From NCBI GenBank assembly GCA_024275095.1, contig JAJRZV010000017.1, positions 1 through 54,543 on the forward strand: a stretch of DNA of 54,543 nt, read 5' to 3'. Made by a program: the position numbers and the translations under genes. Below the pieces are notes generated by a model that saw only the letters and a list, made by a program, of their open reading frames with translations, was not told where the DNA came from and ran no database searches. Source of the stretch: a bacterium. Its GTDB lineage: Bacteria; JAJRZV01. The number at the start of each line of letters is the position of its first letter. Position 1 is the first letter of the stretch. Positions 48,294 to 54,543 of this stretch are shown piece by piece.

Positions 48294-48928
48294 ATCCTGG
48301 ACAGGCGCTCCGGAGAGAGCACCCGAAACCCTTCGGCCGAAAGTTCAAGAATTCCCTCGCTTTCCAGGTATCCCGCTGCCAGCGCCGTTTCTACCTCCGT
48401 CATGGCGAGAAAACCCGCCAGGGCCTGAAGCATGGTATCCACATACACGTGCCCTTTGATTTCCTTCTCAGGATTCAAGTCCGAAAGCAACCAGAAAAAT
48501 CGAGCCATTCTTTTTACAGGATCCTGAACCAAATATGCCGACGGATTGATTTTCACTGTACCCTTCTTCAACAGGGCCTTCACTGGAAACTCCAGAGGTT
48601 CTTCTTCTTTCACCTTCTCCCGGACCATATTCCACGTGACCAGGCATATCTCAGTGGGAGAATCTGCCTTTACAAGTGTATGAGATCGCGCGTGCACAGC
48701 TTCATCCACAGCTCCCACAATGTCTCCCGGGAGAAGTGTCCCAAGAAGAAGTCGCTGGGACCCTGTCTCTTTGATATAAGCGAGCTGACCACTCACCACG
48801 CAAATGCCTCTTCCACTGTGAAGCCGAGACACCTCTATTTCCCGTCCTTCTTCCAGAGTTCGACGCGGCGTGTCAAACACAAAGTTGCGACCTGTAAAAC
48901 TCCAGCAACGCCTGTGCTTTATCCCCAT
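48281..48928 (-). CDS. Divergent Crp/Fnr-like protein (cNMP-binding-like barrel plus possible wHTH)
   Basis: VVSGQLAY...LLLGTLLPGDIVG barrel pattern; QDPVKRMARFF and LAGFLAMTEVET...LESEGIL tail. Confidence 0.6.
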   Translation of the reverse strand: MGIKHRRCWSFTGRNFVFDTPRRTLEEGREIEVSRLHSGRGICVVSGQLAYIKETGSQRLLLGTLLPGDIVGAVDEAVHARSHTLVKADSPTEICLVTWNMVREKVKEEEPLEFPVKALLKKGTVKINPSAYLVQDPVKRMARFFWLLSDLNPEKEIKGHVYVDTMLQALAGFLAMTEVETALAAGYLESEGILELSAEGFRVLSPERLSRMCEW

Positions 48929-48974
48929 GTTTCAAGAATACCTGTTCCAGATTCGGCTCGCAAGAGAACGTGGT

Positions 48975-50270
48975 TTACTCTGACGACTTTTCAGGGAGCC
49001 TTACCAGGCGTTCAATCGGTTGTACGGGCGGAGTGTCTTCCCGTGCAGTGCCCAACTCACGAAAACGCCGTGCCGCCGGCATCACCATGCGTTCCAGAGA
49101 ACCAACGGAATCATTGTATGATTTCACGGCAGCATCCAGTTGCTTTCCCACTTTTTGCAAATGCCCTACGAAAGTGCCGAGGCGGTTGTGAAGTTCGCGC
49201 CCAAGTTCCGCAATCCTGCGCGCGTTTTCGGAAATCTGCTGTTGTTGCCACCCGTATGCCACGGCCTTGAGAAGAGCAAGCAGGGTTACAGGAGTGGTAA
49301 GGATCACCTTCTGTTGGATGGCATATTCCAGCAAGTCCCCATCGTATTCAAAAGCTGCTGCCAGGCACGCATCATTGGGTACGAACATCACCACCAGCTC
49401 AGGAGTATTTTCAAACTGCTCCCAGTAGCGTTTTCTTCCAAGTTCGGTCACACGACTTCTCACAGCAGTACTGTGAACGCGCAATTTCTCTCGTTTTGTG
49501 TGTTCATCTGTGGCCTCGAGTGCTTCCAAATATGCCTGCATGGGAGTTTTCGCATCGACAGGCAGAATTCCACCGTTAGGCAAATGGATAACCATGTCCG
49601 GCCTTCCTTCTTGAGTGGAGGCCTGTTCTTCAAAATCCACATGTGCGGTCATGCCGGCCATTTCCACAACGCGCCGAAGCTGAAATTCTCCCCAGCGCCC
49701 CCGTACAGTGGGAGATTTAAGAGCGGTGACCAGCTGAGTCGTTGTCTGCTGAAGTACACGATGGGTCTGCATGAGGGAATCAAGATGCTGTTTGAGCCCC
49801 TGATATGCACCTTCTCTTTTCTGTTCCAGCTCTCTCACCTGTCTGTCAAGTCCTTCCAGGGTTCGAGAAAGCGGCTCTATCAAATGTTTGAGCTCAGCTT
49901 TGTGCGTACTCCAGTCTCCTCTCACCTGCTTCAGCATGGCGTCAAGCTGGTCTCTTGCTCTTTTGAGAAATTCCTCAGCGTTGGTTTGAAGCGCCCTGCT
50001 GGCCAGGGCCTCAAACGCTTCCCGCATCTGGTCCTGTGCCTTTTCGAGAAACTGGATTTTTTCTGTATCTCCTCGACGAGCCTCTTCCAGCGTGTGTAGT
50101 TGGAGTTTCAGCTGTTCGTTTTCAGCCTTTAATCGTTCGTTTTCCTGCTGCTCTTTTTCCAGTACTTCAAGTCTCACCTGAAGGCCCGCTGTGCGGGCTC
50201 GATAAAGAAGAAACACCACGAGAGCACCCAAGCCAGCACCTGCCACAAAACCCAAGGCTACGCTATTCAT
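48975..50270 (-). CDS. rmuC: DNA recombination protein RmuC
   Basis: N-terminal TM, coiled coil, RGRWGEFQL, RPDMVIHLP, VDAK, MFVPND, TPVTLLALL. Start at ATG 50270 with SD GGAGG. Confidence 0.95.
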   Translation of the reverse strand: MNSVALGFVAGAGLGALVVFLLYRARTAGLQVRLEVLEKEQQENERLKAENEQLKLQLHTLEEARRGDTEKIQFLEKAQDQMREAFEALASRALQTNAEEFLKRARDQLDAMLKQVRGDWSTHKAELKHLIEPLSRTLEGLDRQVRELEQKREGAYQGLKQHLDSLMQTHRVLQQTTTQLVTALKSPTVRGRWGEFQLRRVVEMAGMTAHVDFEEQASTQEGRPDMVIHLPNGGILPVDAKTPMQAYLEALEATDEHTKREKLRVHSTAVRSRVTELGRKRYWEQFENTPELVVMFVPNDACLAAAFEYDGDLLEYAIQQKVILTTPVTLLALLKAVAYGWQQQQISENARRIAELGRELHNRLGTFVGHLQKVGKQLDAAVKSYNDSVGSLERMVMPAARRFRELGTAREDTPPVQPIERLVRLPEKSSE

Positions 50271-50521
50271 GTCGCCCTCCTCCTTCACCGGATAATTAAC
50301 CTTACTTTTTACTTTACCAGAGAACAATACGCTTGGCATCGAAGAATACGCATCCTGATCTCAAACCACTGCCCGGCCTATGAGTCTGGCATAAACACAA
50401 TCTCTGAAAGCAGTTGTTGTGAGGGTAGTTATCCATCTGTCGCTGATGTGAGAGTTGAATAAACTTTTATTCTGTGTCCCTTAGGAAAAAGCGCCTGTAA
50501 GAGATAAAATATGTCCTTGCA

Positions 50522-51820
50522 GTGCGGAAGAAGACAGATTTGAAAAAGTCAGTATTTACGCTGCTGGTACTTGGCATTGTCACCTGTGCCTGTTCTGAAA
50601 AAAAAGAAAGTGGTTCACCCACCATCGTTGAAAAGCTCGCCGGGGAGCTGAACGTTGAACCTCTCGACTATTCGCAGGAGAATTTGTGGATTTGCCTTCC
50701 ATGGAGGGAAAATGACGTCTGCAATCGGGATTTTACAATAGCAGTTGTGGAGAAGGATGGGACCTATAAGGTTCAAACCAGAACCCACAATCCTCAGGCG
50801 GAGGCGGACTGTTTTTACGTATACCCGACCGTGGATCTTTCCATTTCCACCGGCAACCACGACGACATTTATTCACAGCGGGCACCGAAACTGGCGGCAC
50901 AGGCACAGGTGGGTCTTTTCAGTTCGCTATGTCGCGTATTTGTACCATTCTACAGGCAGGTTACGATTGGCACGTATTTCACAAATCCACCAGAGGAAGC
51001 CGTACCCTACATAAAAAAAGCGTTTATGGATGTGGCCGCGGCTTTTGAGTACTACCTGGAGAACTGGAATAACGGACGTCCCATCGTTATTCTTGGACAT
51101 TCGCAGGGTGCTCAGATGAGCACCTATTTATTACGTTTTTATTTTGACGAAAATGAAGAGCTGAGAAATCGTCTGGTGGTAGCTCTTCCCATAGGGTTCA
51201 ATTTTTTTGTACCTGCGGGAAATGACAGAGGCGGTTCGCTGAAGAACATCCCCATATGCACCGCCGTGAACCAGACAGGTTGTCTCATCCATTATCGCTC
51301 GTACCCGGATGGGTACGACGAAAATTCCATCCAGCTCTGGTTCAATGAGCTCTACACACTGCTAGCAAATGAAGGCTTCATCTACAGGACTTTCGACCCG
51401 GAAACAGACGAAGTCTCCTGCGTGAATCCAGCCACCTCTGCGATTGAAAAAGGGTACGTTGCTCTTGATGTTTACGGGAATAAAATCACTGACCCCGCCG
51501 TCAGGGTTTTAAGAGGGCTATCCAACGTGGGAGGACTTCTTCTCAGATTTTCCTCTTTTGATACAGATCCTCCCCAAAACATTCTTTTGAAAAGATACAC
51601 GGCACGCTGCAGGAAGGCACCCGCAGGCATTCGATACCTTGCTGTAGGATACTATGAAAAACCAGGTGAACCTGACATCCGGGGGGATCCGATAAACATT
51701 GACAGCAAAACAAACCAGGGCTCTATGGGTGGACTCCACGTGTGGGACTATGAGCTTGCACTGCCTGATCTCCTTTACCGGACCAGCGTCAAAATCGAGG
51801 CTTTTCTGTCAGGCGATTAA
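50522..51820 (+). CDS. DUF3089-family alpha/beta hydrolase lipoprotein
   Basis: Lipobox CAC; DCFYVYPT, PFYRQ, AAFEYYL, GHSQG, CVNP, GLHVWD. Confidence 0.88.
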   Translation: MRKKTDLKKSVFTLLVLGIVTCACSEKKESGSPTIVEKLAGELNVEPLDYSQENLWICLPWRENDVCNRDFTIAVVEKDGTYKVQTRTHNPQAEADCFYVYPTVDLSISTGNHDDIYSQRAPKLAAQAQVGLFSSLCRVFVPFYRQVTIGTYFTNPPEEAVPYIKKAFMDVAAAFEYYLENWNNGRPIVILGHSQGAQMSTYLLRFYFDENEELRNRLVVALPIGFNFFVPAGNDRGGSLKNIPICTAVNQTGCLIHYRSYPDGYDENSIQLWFNELYTLLANEGFIYRTFDPETDEVSCVNPATSAIEKGYVALDVYGNKITDPAVRVLRGLSNVGGLLLRFSSFDTDPPQNILLKRYTARCRKAPAGIRYLAVGYYEKPGEPDIRGDPINIDSKTNQGSMGGLHVWDYELALPDLLYRTSVKIEAFLSGD

Positions 51821-52029
51821 TCCAGGTTCTCATGCGCCGGGAGCCTCAGGGAACAAAGGGCCTGATAGAAGAGTTAACCTTCAGATACGTGCCACCGGTA
51901 AAAAGTGCGGAAAAAGACAACTTATTCAGACAGAGGTGGAGAAACCGGGCATTCGATTTTCCTTACGGGATGGGCCGCGTAATCCCGGCGCTTGTCGAAT
52001 CCGAAAAACTGCTGAACCGTTGAATGCCT

Positions 52030-53091
52030 TCAGGCTTCTGCATGCGCCGGGGGCACATACGCGCAATATGCCTCTTCTTGCATGTAATCTCCTGTTTCAG
52101 CGTACGCACGGGCCCGACATCCCATGCATACCCGTCGAAACTCGCACGCTCCGCACTTTCCTTTAAGGTGATCAGGAACGCGGAGATTGTTGAAAAGTTC
52201 TGAGCTCTCCCATATTTCTCTAAAAGTTCTTTCACGCACGTTGCCAGCGGAAAGTGGCAGATATCCGCAGGGCCATATGTCCCCCTGGTACGAGACAAAG
52301 CAAAAACTCTGACCGGCCAGACATCCCCGCGCAAAGGCATCCATCCCATCTTTTTCCGGTGAAAGTTGCCTTCCTTCATCCCGTGCGCGTTGCCGAATAA
52401 TCCTGTAGTAATGGGGCATGCAGGTAGCTCTCGTCTCCAGCGTCGAACGGCGCGATGCTTCATAGTACCAGTTGAGAAGCCTCTCATACTCTTCCGGAGA
52501 CGGCTCCTCACCCTGCCACTCACTGCCACGTCCAGTGGGGATGAGACCGAACAGGTGAAACGCCACAGCGCCTTCTTTTTCGGCAATTTCCATGATACGC
52601 GGCACTTCAGCGATATTACGCCGACAAACTGTTGTATTGATCTGGAAAGGAACACCCGCCTCTTTCAGGTAATGAATGGCATCCATAACCATCTGGAAGG
52701 ATCCTGCCACACCGCGAAGCGCATCATGACTCTCAGGTGTTGCCCCGTCCAGACTCAGTGATACGCGACGTACTCCAGCATCTTTAATGCGTTGTGCCGT
52801 CTTCGCATCAACCCTGGGACCGGATGTTGCAAGCACAGGGATAAGTCCCTTTTCGCTTATGTATGAGGCAATGTCGTAAATATCCTCGCGGATGAGAGGA
52901 TCGCCTCCGCTGAGGATGATAACAGGTGCCGCAAAAGAAGCAATATCTTCTACAAGAGCACGGTACTCATCAACAGTCAGTTCTTCCTTCAGGCGTTCCG
53001 GTATGGCCGCTGCTTTACAGAAGTGACATTTGAGCCCACACGCAAGGGTGGTCTCGAACACGACCAGGCGAGGAACATGCCCGTGCTCCAT
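52030..53091 (-). CDS. Radical SAM/SPASM protein, AhbD/NirJ (heme b synthase)-like
   Basis: CGLKCHFC, SGGDPL, SLDG, TCMPHYYR, GCLAG, PCGY and KCGACEFRRVCMGCRARAY (SPASM). Confidence 0.85.
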   Translation of the reverse strand: MEHGHVPRLVVFETTLACGLKCHFCKAAAIPERLKEELTVDEYRALVEDIASFAAPVIILSGGDPLIREDIYDIASYISEKGLIPVLATSGPRVDAKTAQRIKDAGVRRVSLSLDGATPESHDALRGVAGSFQMVMDAIHYLKEAGVPFQINTTVCRRNIAEVPRIMEIAEKEGAVAFHLFGLIPTGRGSEWQGEEPSPEEYERLLNWYYEASRRSTLETRATCMPHYYRIIRQRARDEGRQLSPEKDGMDAFARGCLAGQSFCFVSYQGDIWPCGYLPLSAGNVRERTFREIWESSELFNNLRVPDHLKGKCGACEFRRVCMGCRARAYAETGDYMQEEAYCAYVPPAHAEA

Positions 53092-53104
53092 AAAAATGTC
53101 CTTG

Positions 53105-54543
<1,439 letters not shown>

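Noticed and set aside
49140..50099. Long antisense or alternate-frame ORFs (for example 49140-50099, 48449-49270, 13573-14355, 23711-24457, 5927-6622)
   Set aside because: They lie almost wholly over well-supported genes, have no motifs, and look like shadow ORFs.
51832..52023. 63-aa + strand ORF between DUF3089 and the radical SAM gene, considered as a RiPP precursor
   Set aside because: No clear SD, no Cys-rich or repeated core, and it is convergent to the radical SAM gene, which looks AhbD-like. It could still be a small real gene.
52030..53091. Radical SAM as the missing bioB
   Set aside because: It has a SPASM domain and NirJ/Ahb-type motifs, and lacks BioB features such as YNHNL and the BATS domain.

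Overview
A gene-dense window of roughly 50% GC (estimated by eye) from a diderm bacterium. Gene content suggests a deltaproteobacteria-like lineage (inference from an AhbD-type radical SAM, a VegA-like basic protein and myxobacterial-type lipase lipoproteins). I count about 45 credible CDS and found no rRNA, tRNA, CRISPR array or mobile element. In order, the window holds: an ECF sigma / CBM48 anti-sigma operon; a DUF799-CsgG-SPFH envelope operon; murI; a four-gene glycan cluster; an outer-membrane protein, a phosphoesterase and bioF-bioA-bioD; an HD-GYP response regulator; a lipase and a DUF481 barrel; a FAD oxidoreductase / Fe-S / SCP2-like / ureohydrolase-like operon; an SDR and a CPBP protease; queD; a GH5 endoglycoceramidase-like protein; a MoxR-DUF58-Bat operon; an IclR regulator and a hemerythrin; glnD, an amidase, a Crp-like protein and rmuC; DUF3089; an ahbD-like gene; and a 5'-truncated degQ. 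Five observations stand out. (1) About ten operon-leading genes have a -10 box 6-9 nt before the start codon and no SD, which points to leaderless or near-leaderless mRNAs. (2) Two genes are split by single-base frameshifts in A-tracts (A9 in an outer-membrane protein, A7 in the ureohydrolase-like gene); these could be real switches or assembly errors. (3) The flavin/Fe-S/SCP2/ureohydrolase-fold operon matches no pathway I know. (4) A hairpin with a 10-nt anti-SD lies upstream of the hemerythrin gene. (5) A degenerate parvulin sits inside the Bat operon. All family calls come from motif recognition by eye; no searches were run.
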